Notes: generated by a model not told the origin, from the sequence alone. Counted from the first letter of the whole stretch, positions 35,883 to 48,298 are shown. The stretch: 63,997 nucleotides of DNA, filler included, from Olpidium bornovanus S191 (GCA_017911155.1; 33 parts of 33 records of this genome joined end to end with filler, not necessarily neighbours in it); one strand, 5' to 3'. Program-made: numbers and translations.

Positions 35883-36854
35883 ATGCCGGACTCGCCCACG
35901 ACGAGGATGGCTGACTCTCCCTCTACGAAGGCGATCGGCGCTCGCCTTATCATCCAGTACCCCGGCTCCCTACCAGAGCCGGTAAAGCAGTGTCTCATCG
36001 ACGCCGGCCGGTTGTCTTGGCTGGCTTACAGAGATCCCTCGTACGTCCACAGCCAATTCCAGCTCGCCCGGAACGAGTCCGCGAAGCTCGACGAGGGCGC
36101 TGGGCAGGTCCTGCGGAGGGCGTCCGAGCTGCCGGATTACGTGGAGGAGGAGAGCTGCGACGCACAGTGTTACCTTGTCAAGTACAAGGCGCCGCCGGAC
36201 GCCGAGGGACTCGGCAAGAAGCCGGTGCTTGCCATATGCGTGAGGGGCACCAATAGCGTCACCGACTTCGTCTGCGACGTAACCACCATCCAGGTCCCCT
36301 TCCAAGACTGCGAGGGAAAAATCGTGCCCGGCGCCTCGGTGCACTCGGGGTTCCGCCGCCAGTTCGACGGCCTCTTCCCTCACTTCGACGAGCGGGTCGT
36401 GAGGCACCTGCGGTCCGGGGGCAACCTGTTCTGCACCGGCCACTCCATGGGAGGCGCAGTTGCGGCCATGGCCGCCCTCAGCTACGGTGCCCAGTACCCG
36501 GGCCAGGTGTACTTCATCGGGCAGGGTACCCCCAGGTGCGGCAACCAGGCGTTTGCAAAAGCCTTCGACAACTGCGTCAAGCTGCGGTACCGCGTCAAGA
36601 ACGCGAGCGACCCCGTAGTGGAGATCCTCCCGCCGTTGGAATACTGTCACGTCGGCGTCGAGGTGCACCTGGGCCCGAAGGACAACTACCCCTCGATCCC
36701 AGTGCTGTTCGACCTGCCTGACCACCAGATCGCCCTTTACGTCAAGTACCTGCTGCTGCCCGACGCCGCCAAGGAGACCGCGCCGCCGCGCTGGAAGGCG
36801 TGGTTGCAGAAAACAATGAGCGCGTGGAGGTTTCGGGATGACGGGAAAGTTTGA
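35883..36854 (+). CDS. Class 3 lipase (alpha/beta hydrolase), intronless, apparently complete
   Basis: 323-aa ORF with AICVRGT (oxyanion region), VHSGF, the nucleophile motif CTGHSMGGAVA, GTPRCGNQAF, catalytic Asp in NASDPVV, YCHVG and catalytic His in PDHQIALY. Confidence 0.92.
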   Translation: MPDSPTTRMADSPSTKAIGARLIIQYPGSLPEPVKQCLIDAGRLSWLAYRDPSYVHSQFQLARNESAKLDEGAGQVLRRASELPDYVEEESCDAQCYLVKYKAPPDAEGLGKKPVLAICVRGTNSVTDFVCDVTTIQVPFQDCEGKIVPGASVHSGFRRQFDGLFPHFDERVVRHLRSGGNLFCTGHSMGGAVAAMAALSYGAQYPGQVYFIGQGTPRCGNQAFAKAFDNCVKLRYRVKNASDPVVEILPPLEYCHVGVEVHLGPKDNYPSIPVLFDLPDHQIALYVKYLLLPDAAKETAPPRWKAWLQKTMSAWRFRDDGKV

Positions 36855-37733
36855 GACGAAAACGCTGGATTTCTGTAAAATGAAACCGAACAAAAAAGAT
36901 ATTGACATCTTAAAATCTATCGCATTTTGGCGTGCCCGGCCTCCTCCTCCCCTCGTGGCCCGACCCCTCCCCTTCCCCACTTCCCTTCCGCTTCCGCACC
37001 GCCTCGCAAAAGGAGAAGGGGCCTGGTGCCTTCAGGTGCACGGGGGACCACGGTTATATATTTGCGGGGACATTTTAATGCTGCTGGTTTTCTTCCGGGG
37101 CGTTTACGGATTTGCGTCCCTTTCACATGCCACGATGTTACGATTTCTTTCTTTTGTGCTGTACTGATGGGGCCGCGAGGGAAGCGTATGGCACAAGTAG
37201 GGGAGGAAGGGAGAAAGGGGGGGAGGGAGACAACCAACAACTGCTTTCCCTTTTACCCGCGGACAACAAGAGTTTTCCCCCGAGGTAAGTCGCACTTGTC
37301 TTTTTGTGCGCTTTATGAACATGGAAGCCGACCTGCCGATGCCGCCGTCGTGCGCTGCGTGTCCCTCGTCGCCGTCGTGCTGCCGGTGCCGGAACCAGAG
37401 CCGGAGCAGGAGCCCGTGAAGTCTTTGTAAGCTGGCATCGTCATGGAGCCAGGGCCGGAGCGGGAGCGGGAGCCGGGGCCAGCGTATTTCGCGTACATTG
37501 TTGCGTTGAGTACGTTGAATCCGCCATTGCTTACGCGGCGTGCACGGATCGTACATTGCGTACGCTGCGCACATCGTTGCGTACGTTACGCGCGTCGTTG
37601 ATTTTGCGCACGTCGCGAGCGTCGTTGCGCATGNNNNNNNNNNNNNNNNNNNNNNNNNNNNNNNNNNNNNNNNNNNNTTAATTAATTAANNNNNNNNNNN
37701 NNNNNNNNNNNNNNNNNNNNNNNNNNNNNNNNN

Positions 37734-39640
37734 CCGCACAGGCCACGCAGAATGCGACGAGCAGGCCGCTCTTGTGTAAGACGGCGACGACAGAATCTAG
37801 AAGCGCCGAGGTCGCGATCGAGATAATCGTCTCTTCAATTTCGCCCAGCTCAACTCTCTGGCCGCGAATCTTGACTTGGCCGTCGAACCGGCCGAGAAGT
37901 TTCCATTCACCATACGTGCTCCTGACAATATCGCCAGTCCGAAAGCATCGACCATGGGAGGAATGATTGACAAATCTAGCCCTGGTGAGCTCGGTACGGT
38001 TGAGATACCCGAGGCCGACTTGCACCCCGGCGATCCAAAGTTCGCCGGACTCACCGCTGCTCGCATCGATCTCCTTCATATCCGCCGCGTTCCCCGTGAG
38101 GAGGTCCTCGTCGTTACTTCCCTTCATCACACAGATCGATGTGCCTCGAAAAGGAGCGCCGAGCATTTTCCGTCGATCATCGCCCTTCGCCACAACAGTC
38201 GCCATTTGGTACACGCAGCACTCGGTGACGCCGTAGGTATTGATCAAGGTTACCGCGTCGGCCCAGGCATTCACAGTAGCTTGGGACATGGTCTCGCCTC
38301 CAAGTGCAATCACTTTTAAATGAGGCAGATCTGCCGGGCCAAATGTCCCGTCAAGCGTACTCAAGAGCGAAGGCGTTGTGAGCAAGTGCGTCGCCCTAGA
38401 GTAGCTGAGACAGCGCCCGAGAAACACAAACATCGCATGACGCGGAGCAAGCGCGACGGTCCCGCCGGCGCACCACGTTGCCATAAAATCACCGAACGAA
38501 GGATCAAACGTGGCGGGCGAGGCGACAAGACACACGCTCTTCTCCGTCACTCCGTGCACTTCGTTTTTCGCGGCACAATATGCGGTCAGAGCAGAGTGCG
38601 TGCAGAGACATCCTATTATTCACAACAACGAAGCAAATGAGATTGTGCTGACCGTCGGCGCTATGCTGTACCAGCTCCAATCTCACCTTTTGGCCTTCCA
38701 GTGGTGCCACTGGTGAAAAAAATATGTGAGACGTTATCGCTATTTTGAGGGATTTGGTCGTCCGTTAAGACTTCTGTCGCCTCCTTTAAAGCCTTTCTAT
38801 GTAATTCCTCCACCGTTATGCACGAATATGCTGGGTCTGGAGGACGGAAATAAAAACAGCATAAGCGGGGTAGATTTAGCAAAAATTTGGGAAACGTATT
38901 TCTATTTTCGGTCCTCTTTTTCCCCGGTGGGGTAAACGGCCTTCCTTACACGAGCTCCTTCCCAAGCATTCTTCTGCATCGCCAACCTTGTTAACGTCAA
39001 GGGTAGATTTCGTAATCACGAGGGACGGCGCCGCCTCCTCCAAAATGTACATTATTCGTGGATCATTTGGATCCACAGGTATCAAGGCTAGAGGGAAATC
39101 AGACAGCGGTCAGCACCAGGATGTGACGACAGCAAGACTTTCTGCCCAAGACCTGTTGAGCACCTGCCGGCGGAGTCATAAGAAGAACCGCAAGCTCGAT
39201 GATCGGCAGTAACGGTCCCTCGTCGACCAAAACAACAACTAAATGGAGGATTGGAACACGTTTACCGACAGCGTGAAACGTAGCGTCCACGTCGCGCTAG
39301 GACAAACCAGAACAACCCTTGCCCAACCCACCCCAGTCCGGGCGTTTCGCCCCCAAGGTGCGCGGAAGGCAGCAGCGCGTCCCTGCCTACCTCTGAGCAC
39401 GTCTCCCTTGGTGAGCTCGCGGGGAGGAGCGGCCAAGAAGCTTAGCAAGCGGGCCATGGCAGAGGCAATGTCCCAGAGGGTCTTGTAGGTCCAGGTCTGC
39501 ACCGCCGGTTCCGCGTTGCTGCTGCCAGCGTCAGCCGTCACCTCTACCCAAAGCAAGGCGGTTGCGTGCGGGGATTTGCGTGCAGCCCGTGCTATCTGGT
39601 CCGTGACGCGGAACATCCCGGCCACGCTGTCGTCGTCCAT
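37734..39640 (-). CDS. NRPS-like adenylation-domain protein (possibly AASDH/ACSF4-like), multi-exon, 3' partial
   Basis: A-domain motifs WTYKTL (A1), IFFTSGTTGRPKG (A3), TFDPS (A4), NTYGVTE (A5), GELWIAGVQVGLGYLN (A6), FRTGD (A7) and GRFDGQVKIRGQRVELGEIE (A8). Confidence 0.9.
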
Positions 39641-40821
39641 GTGAGCGTGTGTTCGCACCATGCCGGCCAGAGGTGGGCGGAGGGGACAAACGGAGGGGTG
39701 GCGCGTGTGGCGCCGGGTCCTAGCGTTCCCAAACGATCGGAGAGCAAAGGACGCCCCGCTGTGATGACACGGGTTGGATAAGCCCTCAGTCCCAACGGTC
39801 CAAGCATCCAGCAGTACCAATCGCAGAGATCCTGCAGAGAGCAGAGGAGCACCACCAGCACCTCCCACCTCCCCAGCACAGGATCTTCCACACTCAACTT
39901 GCTTTACGTTTGCATGAGGTATAACTTTTGTATTAGGGAGATGCGGTTGCCCACACGTGTGGGCGCCCCGCTGCAGGTAGATGAGAGCGCATAAACAGAG
40001 ACCCGTCTGCCTTCGAGCATGTGTAGACCGCCATTAAAAGCACGGCAGTCAGTAAAAAAAAAACAACGACAGATTATATGACTGAAGTTCTCGGAGATGT
40101 GTTGGTTGGGAGCGGTGGCTGGGGCGGAGGAGGGTGCGGTTGGCATTACTGCGGCAGCCGCGTCGAGAAAAACATATCCGTATAGTTTCACCTTGGATTG
40201 TCCAATTCTGTTTCATCGGCACGCGAAGAATTCCATGGCCGTCGCCGTCATCGTCGTCGGTGCGGCGGTGAGATTGTCCCTGGCGTCTCCGTAGACAAAC
40301 GTAAAAAAGAACTAGTGCGCCAAATGCCGAACGCACACTTGAATGTTTACACATAACCCCCCCCCCCACCCCCCCAAAGCCTAGCCTGCGACGAGAGGAC
40401 GGTCACTGTATTTGCCGCGCTTTCGGCTGTCCTGCAACCGTTGAACAACGCACGGCTCGCGGCTGTCGCGGCCCCAAAACACATACGTTCCCATCATAAT
40501 TTCGTTCAAAACTTCATGATTGCGAAAACCGGATGGGGAGACCTCACTGCGGAATTCTGTTGTCGAATCCCTTTGTCTCAAGGCAACTCCAGAAGCCCGT
40601 CAAGGAATGTCGAACATTATAGATATTTACACGNNNNNNNNNNNNNNNNNNNNNNNNNNNNNNNNNNNNNNNNNNNNTTAATTAATTAANNNNNNNNNNN
40701 NNNNNNNNNNNNNNNNNNNNNNNNNNNNNNNNNCATGCTTCTAATTAAGCACCAAAGTTCGCTCTATCTGCTCGTTCCTCGCTCTCAGGGAGTTGTGAGA
40801 TAACCGCGAAGGGATCGATTA

Positions 40822-41012
40822 AAGGCATCCACTTCCGCGCCTGCCCCCTCCGTCACATAGCTTATCTGCACTTTGATTTGGGGGGCCGAAATATGGACTG
40901 GAATGAATAACCTCCCAGGTGTCGGCCGAAGGCATCCACTTCCGCCCCTGCCCCTCCATCACATATGTATCTGCCCTTTCATTTTGCGGGCCAGGAAATG
41001 GCCTGGAATGAT
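40822..41012. repeat. Imperfect tandem duplication, 107-bp period
   Basis: AAGGCATCCACTTCCGC starts at 40822 and 40929; similarity continues to CTGGAATGA in both copies. Confidence 0.75.
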
Positions 41013-41487
41013 TTCCGTTTTTCTGAGTATTGGGAAATGGCTCGAGCATTATCCAGCTTGCGTTGCTTACAGTCGCGCTCGCGAAGTCTTAGCCCCTTAA
41101 GCCTTCACAGATCCCAAACATCTCCTGTACACGCGCCCTTGACTCGCGCTGGCCCCGGCGCCAGCGCGCAGCTACCGGACCACATGGGTGGAGTTGGATA
41201 CACGTCCTCCCGTAATGCGGACCGGCGTGAACTTCGGCTCAGAATATCTGACAGCGCGACCCTGTACCAAGGGATGAAACATCGAACGGGATTGTGCTTT
41301 TGTTGCTGCTAAGCTCTTAACTGACGTGCGCGCTCTTTCTGGAGCCTGGGATTTTCACGGCGGCGGCGCAGTGGGCCAACCGCGAAGGGACACCGTTGCT
41401 CCTCAGCACTAACTAAAAACGATTTAAAACGATTCTTTAGCAGCCAGTGTAGTATGGATTTTACGTTGGGCAAGTTATGGCACTGAA

Positions 41488-41559
41488 TCTTCGATCGTAT
41501 AGTGGTTATTATGCTCGCCTGTCACGCGAGCGACCCGGGTTCGATTCCCGGTCGGAGAG
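41488..41559 (+). tRNA. tRNA-Asp(GTC), intronless
   Basis: 72-nt cloverleaf: acceptor stem TCTTCGA/TCGGAGA, D arm with TAGTGG, anticodon stem CTCGC/GCGAG with loop CT-GTC-AC, and T loop GGTTCGATTCC. Confidence 0.97.
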
Positions 41560-41565
41560 CTACGC

Positions 41566-41573
41566 TTTTTTTT
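41566..41573 (+). terminator. RNA polymerase III terminator (T8)
   Basis: Run of 8 T beginning 7 nt downstream of the tRNA 3' end. Confidence 0.75.
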
Positions 41574-43189
41574 AGCAATAAGCGCTTACCAAAAAGAAAG
41601 ATTTGGCCACTTTTCCGATGGGGTTCAATTTCCAGGCCGAGATCAGTCAAGGGCTTTTTTTTTCATTGCTGCACCAACGTCATTGCTAAGTCAATTTAAG
41701 GAAGGTGGGGTGGAGGGGAGGCGAAATCGCTCATCCTTGTGGCCGTTAGGCTGAAACGTCCAGTAGAGTATCAAAAGAGGGAGCCTTGCGAGGGTCTTCT
41801 GGATATGCGGAGGAGAAGGCTTCAAGAAACGACCACTGGAACCAGACGGAAGAAGGCGCCCAGGGCAAAGTTTGCTGTCCCTTTCCCCCCCCCTTCCCCC
41901 CCCCCCCAAAAAAAAAAAAAAAAAAAAAAAAACCAAAAAAAAATATTCCTGCGCGGACGCCCGTCCGCCAGGCCGTTTGCCTGCGCGGCTCAAATTGGAC
42001 CTTGGTAAAACTCAACTTCTCAGATCAGTCGTTCTCCAAGTACTACGGGAAGAGGCTGCTGGCCCGTGAAATGTGGAAGGGTAGAAAGAGGAGTTCCTTT
42101 GACATATCGTCGACCGCAGCCGAAGCAAAAAAAGAACTACGTATCATACCCGTAGCGGTTAGTACTAATGAGAAGTGTATTCATTCGCTGAACCTAGCGC
42201 CGGTTATCCGACGTACAAGCGGCTATGGAAGAAAAAGGGACATGTCCGTCGCTTGAGACATTGTTGGCGCAGCCTCACGCTCGTGCCATACTCCTTTGCT
42301 TAATCTCTCCGATGGTCGCAAGAGCCCCGGCAGCGAGCGAAATTGGGCTGCTGTTCACAGANNNNNNNNNNNNNNNNNNNNNNNNNNNNNNNNNNNNNNN
42401 NNNNNTTAATTAATTAANNNNNNNNNNNNNNNNNNNNNNNNNNNNNNNNNNNNNNNNNNNNCATGGGAACGCTGGTTTTTTTTTTTTTTTCGATTCTCTG
42501 TTTGGCAGCAGCCGCTCCGTCGCGGAGCTCGTGCTCGCCGAGATGATTTCCCTTGCACGGCACATCTCGGCGACCGGAACAACCTGGAAGGAAGTGCAAT
42601 ATTGCCCGTTCGCCCGGCTTCACTTGCCAACGCGGTCTACATGTGGTGCATCAGGGCCGACCGACTCGCTCAATTTCCCCTCGACTGACGTTGTCCAAAA
42701 AAAACCAGAGGCGTTTTCTACGGGTTTACTCTATGTGAAGTCGGCGCGGGATAAGATAATATCGACCGCTTGAGCGGGAACGCGAGCGTTGTCCCCGGCT
42801 CTGACGGGCGGGAACAGCTGGGGATGGGGGGTATCAAGCCTTACAAAAAGCACAATTCCCGGGGCAGGACGCCCTTCTTTATCGGGCGGCCGCTTCCGCG
42901 TAATTCGCAAACGCGCGGCCGGCGGAAGAAGCCGACTGTGCGGCGGAGGTGGGCGAGACGGCGCCGAACGCCCACATAGCGAGCGCGCCGACCGCCACGG
43001 ATACAGTAATAACCGGCCAAGACAGCTGCCCGCCGCCAAAAATCTGCGAATAACACGGGCGCAGGGACGATGGATTAACATAAATGCGACGCGTGTGGAG
43101 CTATTTTCGGCATGATTGGGATTCGAAGGTAACGCATGGCTCGAATGACCGGGAAGCCGAAATCCCCAAAACCAGCTTGAGCTGAAAAG

Positions 43190-45003
43190 CCTCACCTTTG
43201 CGGACGACTCGCTGTCTCGCCGGGCGGCGCCAGGCTTTTCTCTCGTTTTGCGCGGGGAATTCGGCTTTCCGCCACCGCTCGCAGAATACCTGCCGGCAGA
43301 TGCAGCCTCCTCCAGAAGGGCGTTCTCCTGCTGGAGGGCGACGATTTGCTTTTCGAGGGCGTCGTTACGCACGCCGAGCTCGACGTTGGTCTTCTCCAAT
43401 CCAGCCAGGCGGTCTTTAAACGCGGCCAGCCGGTCCATCCATTCCCCCTCTTTCTGCTGGATATCCCGCGCCGCGTTCGGCGCATTCTCCGCAAGACCGT
43501 TTTCCCTTGCGTGGCCGAGAGCCCGCTCCAGCCGCGCAGACAGTTCCGCCACCTGCGCCTCGAGCGCCTGTTTCGCCCCTCCCTTCCGCTCACCCGGCTC
43601 TTCGGCGCCAGCGGTGTCCCGGATCTTCCTCAGCTCGGTGGCGTGCCTCTCCGAGATCTCTCGCACCTGGAGCCTGAGCGCCGAGGCCTCGCTGGCAGCG
43701 CGGTCTCGTTCCGCGCGGAACCCGTTCTTTTCCTCTATCAGCTTCTCCCTCTCCGCCGCGGCAATCTGCTTGAATTCGGCCAATGCTCGCTGCACCTGGT
43801 TGTACTCCTCCGAGAGGCGCGACACCCTCTCCGTCGCCTCCCCGAGCTTCCTTTCGAGGTCCTTCAATTCGGCCTTTGAGTTTTAGGCGCGTGCTGTGTG
43901 AGGAGCCTTTCTCACCACCAAAAGCGGGACCGGGCGCTTGAGGCTTACCGGTTGGATCGGGAGTTTATTTAGTGCGGCTTTGGCTTGTTCAAGGTTGACC
44001 GCCGCTTCTCTGGATTTCCTCAGGTCGGTTTGTAATTGGCCGTAAAGCGCATCAAGGTTTAAAGACCTCATCGTTTGCTGGAGACAGCCAGACATCGTGG
44101 TCAGTGACAGAGAAATGGTAAGCCGCAGACTAAACGCGATTGACGGCCGCGCACGGCATTACCTCGTTAGGCCGTTCTGGTACCGGAGGGGGACTGAGAC
44201 CGTCACGGGAAGTTTAATGTCAAATCATCACGTCCGGCTTTGGACCCGGTGAATGCGGCCTTTCAGACTCGCACCAGAGGCAGGAGCGTTTCGCGTGATC
44301 CCGATTCTTTTAAGATACAAAAAACGGCGAACGTACGCGCTCGCAGGCTCCCTTCCCGTCTGAACGCCCAGCAGCAAATTCGACGTCGTGGAATTCGACG
44401 GCAGCTCCGCCTCCGTTATGAGCACCCGGCACGACACCTTTTTGTAGAGGATGCTACCGTCGTCGTTCAAAATGTCGATGCCGAGGTCGACAACGTCTCC
44501 GGAACAGAGCTCGTGCGGCAGAGACTCCTCGCCCTCGCGGCTGAGGCGCTGGGAGTTGACGAACGTCCCGTTGGAAGACTTCACATCCTTCACAAAAACC
44601 TGAGCTACGACGTCAGCGCGGTGTCCCAGAGGCAGCAAGTGTACTCCCCCCCCCCCACCCGCGTAATCCCAACTGTCGAAGAACGGGCCGCCCCAGTGGC
44701 CGGCCGCTCAGACAGCGGAAATGTCCGGCGGTCCGACCGGAGCGGCAGCACCTATGATCACAAACAAACCTTGCCGCCTTCTGCCCATATCTCCGCGTGG
44801 GTTCGCGATAGCACCTTCGAATCAAAGTACCCGTTTGTTTCGGAGGGCGCAGATTTGGGGCCGACTTGTCGGCCGATCTTGATGGAATCAATCAGGTCGA
44901 ACCTCTTCGGAGAAAAGGAGCTGTTGAGCGGCTGTAGGATAAGCGAAGGTGGCGGTTGCGTCTTTTGATCGAAGGCCACCATCTTCCTAGCCGCTTCGGT
45001 CAT
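43190..45003 (-). CDS. FHA-domain coiled-coil protein, SLMAP/Far10/Vps64-like, multi-exon
   Basis: IKIGRQV, NGYFDSKVLSRTHAEIW|VFVKDVKSSNGTFVNSQRLS and DVVDLGIDI form the SLMAP-type FHA signature, followed by a long coiled-coil exon at about 43865-43195. The 3' end is uncertain. Confidence 0.88.
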
Positions 45004-46552
45004 AGGAAAATGACGGTCAACGTTGAGCAGAAACGAGCAAATACCAACCGGACTGTGTGAGACTACGCCNNNNNNNNNNNNNNNNNNNNNNNNNNNNNNN
45101 NNNNNNNNNNNNNTTAATTAATTAANNNNNNNNNNNNNNNNNNNNNNNNNNNNNNNNNNNNNNNNNNNNCATGCAGCAAATAGTTTTTTGCCAGTTTTTT
45201 CGTTGCCCACTAACCTGACGCACCCTGGTCGAGCATCGGTGGCCCCGCACCTGCGACCGCGGATGATCTCGAGCATCACTCTTAATACAATATTAAGTAA
45301 TATATAATATATTTACACTAAATAATCTAGTAGTATACGCCGGTTTATTCCAGGATCATTTTAATTTTATAGTAGTTTAAATCGCAGATGACATACGTAC
45401 GCTCCACAGAGGGAGATCGTAAGGCTTGAAGCTGCCCCGTCTCTTTTCTCCTTTTCCCCCGCCCCCCCTTCTTCCCCACGACTGCTGTCCAACACCATTT
45501 ATTACCAGAAACGGTTTCACTCTCGCGAACGCGCGTCATTCAGGATCTGCTCAGCAACAAAGCCTTTATCAGGGGAGGAAGTGGAAGGGTGGCGGGAGGA
45601 GGGAAGAGAGATGCGCACGTATTTGCCGATCCGTTTGCCGCGCCGCCCGGAGGCGCGCAATGCGCAGCGTGGGGCCAGGCTTGCATCCCCGAAGCCCGCA
45701 CTTGCGTGAAAACAATGCGCGACCGTGGTTCCTTCAAAAAAACCTTTGGCCGACCGCGAATAACCCGGTCCCCGAAGCAGCGAGTTGCCAAGCACTGTCC
45801 CGTTGGCGGAAACCGCTCATAAAGGGCGGATCGCGGCGGCGGACCCTCGGTCGAGGGACGAACAGCGATTTTAACGGTTGAGACTGGTGTGAACCGCATG
45901 AGTGCGCACCGCGGGGTCACGTTTGATTATCAAACCTGCTATCGTGTACTGCGCGGGGGCTGTTGTGTACGCAGCTCCCGTCGGCAGAACCGCAAACAAA
46001 AAGCGAAACCCGACAGAAACATGATCCATTACATTTAACGCATAGTCTAAAAAACAATGTGATGTTTCTGTGAAAATCAGATGCAAATGCAAGGGAATAA
46101 TCCTTTGTTTGCTTTGCTGGCCGGAGGTGAGGATATTGAAAGAGGGCGCGCGGCTGCGAGTCAACCCGCCCGCGCCGCGCGCACGTGACTTTCGGCGCTC
46201 TTTCCCGTTGGTGCGGGCTAACCCTCCCCCGGCTCCCGCACGGGCGCCCCCACACGCCGCCCGCACGCACGTAACGTAGCGACAGAGAGCCGGAAAACCC
46301 GTCGGAACGCGGCCTGGCGTATAGCAGCTTGCATGCAAACCGTCCGCTGCCAAACGCCCTCTTTGCCTCCATCGCCGCGGCTCACGAGTGACGTCGCGAT
46401 CCCCACAGGTCGCCGCCGCACCCATCAGCAGATTCCACAAAACCGCGCGTTCNNNNNNNNNNNNNNNNNNNNNNNNNNNNNNNNNNNNNNNNNNNNTTAA
46501 TTAATTAANNNNNNNNNNNNNNNNNNNNNNNNNNNNNNNNNNNNNNNNNNNN

Positions 46553-46963
46553 TGCAAAACCGAAGGAGCGACCACCGCAACCGACTGCTGCTGGCGTCAT
46601 TCGTTGATTGGGCAGCCGGACTTCAAAGAGCAGAAAACAGCCTTAAAATCGGAAGTCGAGAAGGCTGGACATGTGACCGAGTTTTATCCAAAGTTCCATT
46701 GCAAATGCAACTTCATTGAACGATTTTGGGGAGCTGCCAAGCGTCAAGCACGTGAGGAATGCGATTACAACTTTACCTCGCTCTGGAATCGGCTCCCTGC
46801 AATTCTCGACGGCATTAAACTTAAAGAGATACGGAAGCATGCTCGGACATCCTGGCGTTACATTCAAATGTACTCGGCGGGCAAGGATGGAGTTACTGCA
46901 ACAAAAGCTGAACGCGATCGACTTAAATTCAAGTCCCACAGACGTCTCCATGATGAATATTAG
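46553..46963 (+). mobile_element. Tc1/mariner-IS630-like DDE transposase, C-terminal fragment
   Basis: CCWRHSLIGQPDFKEQK, GHVTEFYPKFHCKCNFIERFWGAAKRQARE and CDYNF...WRYIQMY match the fungal pattern FyPKFHCElN.IE..Wg.aK. Confidence 0.82.
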
Positions 46964-46968
46964 CACCA

Positions 46969-47034
46969 GCATGCTGTAGTTACTGTTTAGTAGTAGGGTA
47001 TGCATGCTGTAGTTACTGTTTAGTAGTAGGGTAT
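46969..47034. repeat. Perfect 33-bp tandem duplication
   Basis: GCATGCTGTAGTTACTGTTTAGTAGTAGGGTAT twice. Confidence 0.95.
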
Positions 47035-47479
47035 AACAGTATAAAAAAATCAATATAAATAATTCGTAGTCCACGCGGTGTTCAAAATCAAGTCGCATCA
47101 GCCAAATGCGGTGAGGTTCGACGGGTAAGTGCTCGGTGAGTTTGAAAGATTTTCCAAATCCGCTGCAGGGAATTGAAGAGCATGTCCAAAAGCATTTTCT
47201 AGCAAAGAAAATCAGGGTGGAGTTCACTGGTGCATGTGTGTTAGTTGCCAAAGTTTGATGAAAAAAATGTGGTTTAAAGACGTCGGCACCATATCACAGT
47301 GAGACACAAAGGTTGGGGTGGGTGGCCTCAAAAACACCGAAAAAATGTTTGCGGGCGGCAATCCAAAAAAAAGCACATTTGCGGACTGTCAAAAAAAGAC
47401 GGTATCGGCTGTCAAAAGAATAACGCACACGCACGCGGCATCAAAATTACCTTATACAGGTGGCCGTCAAAATAAAAAG

Positions 47480-47910
47480 AAGAAAACACTCGAATTCAGG
47501 GAATTTAGTAATACCAAGAATCCAGCAAATCCAGGAATCCGGCGAATCCGGCGAATCCGGCAGATCCCGCGAATTCCGCGAATCGTAAATCTCCTGAATC
47601 AGGCAAAATCTGATCCCGCTAATCAGGAAATTTTCACGAATACCACGAATCCGGGGAATCCGGCAAATCCGGTAAATCCACAAATCCTGCAAATCCGCAC
47701 ACTACGGCAGAACCGGGAAATCCAGCAAATCAGAGTCCTGGGGATCCCGCAAATTCGGCGAATCCGGCGAATCGTGGCGAATCCTGCGGCCGCCGGAAAA
47801 AAAAACCAGAAAGGCCCGACAAGCGCGAATCCCACAAAATCCCGCAGAAAGCGATTTCCGTAAAAAGAAAAGAAACGAAAAATCCCGCCAATCCGGCGAT
47901 CCCGCACAAA

Positions 47911-47942
<32 letters not shown>

Positions 47943-47964
47943 GCCCCCCCCCCCGGGGCCCCCC

Positions 47965-48000
<36 letters not shown>

Positions 48001-48198
48001 GAGGGTTCGCCGACCGCGAATCCCACAAGTCCACAAAAAGCAAATCCCGCTAAAAGAAAAGAAATTTTTTTTTTGCGAATCCCGCGAATTCTGCCAAAAA
48101 AAGCCGGCGAACTCCGCGAATCCCGCAAATCCCGCAAAACACGCCAAAGCGAATCCCGCTCAAAGAAAGAAAAAAGATAATTCCTCAAATCCAGCGAA
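47480..48198. repeat. Degenerate about 9-bp satellite (GCGAATCCG/GCAAATCCC) interrupted by homopolymers
   Basis: ccggcgaatccggcgaatccggcagatcccgcgaattccgcgaatc and dozens of variants. Confidence 0.8.
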
Positions 48199-48298
48199 NN
48201 NNNNNNNNNNNNNNNNNNNNNNNNNNNNNNNNNNNNNNNNNNTTAATTAATTAANNNNNNNNNNNNNNNNNNNNNNNNNNNNNNNNNNNNNNNNNNNN

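Noticed and set aside
35970-36980. 336-aa antisense ORF overlapping the lipase
   Set aside because: It has no recognisable motifs and is a typical shadow ORF of a high-GC3 gene.
45275-45385. AT-rich island in GC-rich DNA as a possible origin or regulatory element
   Set aside because: Composition alone gives no functional support.
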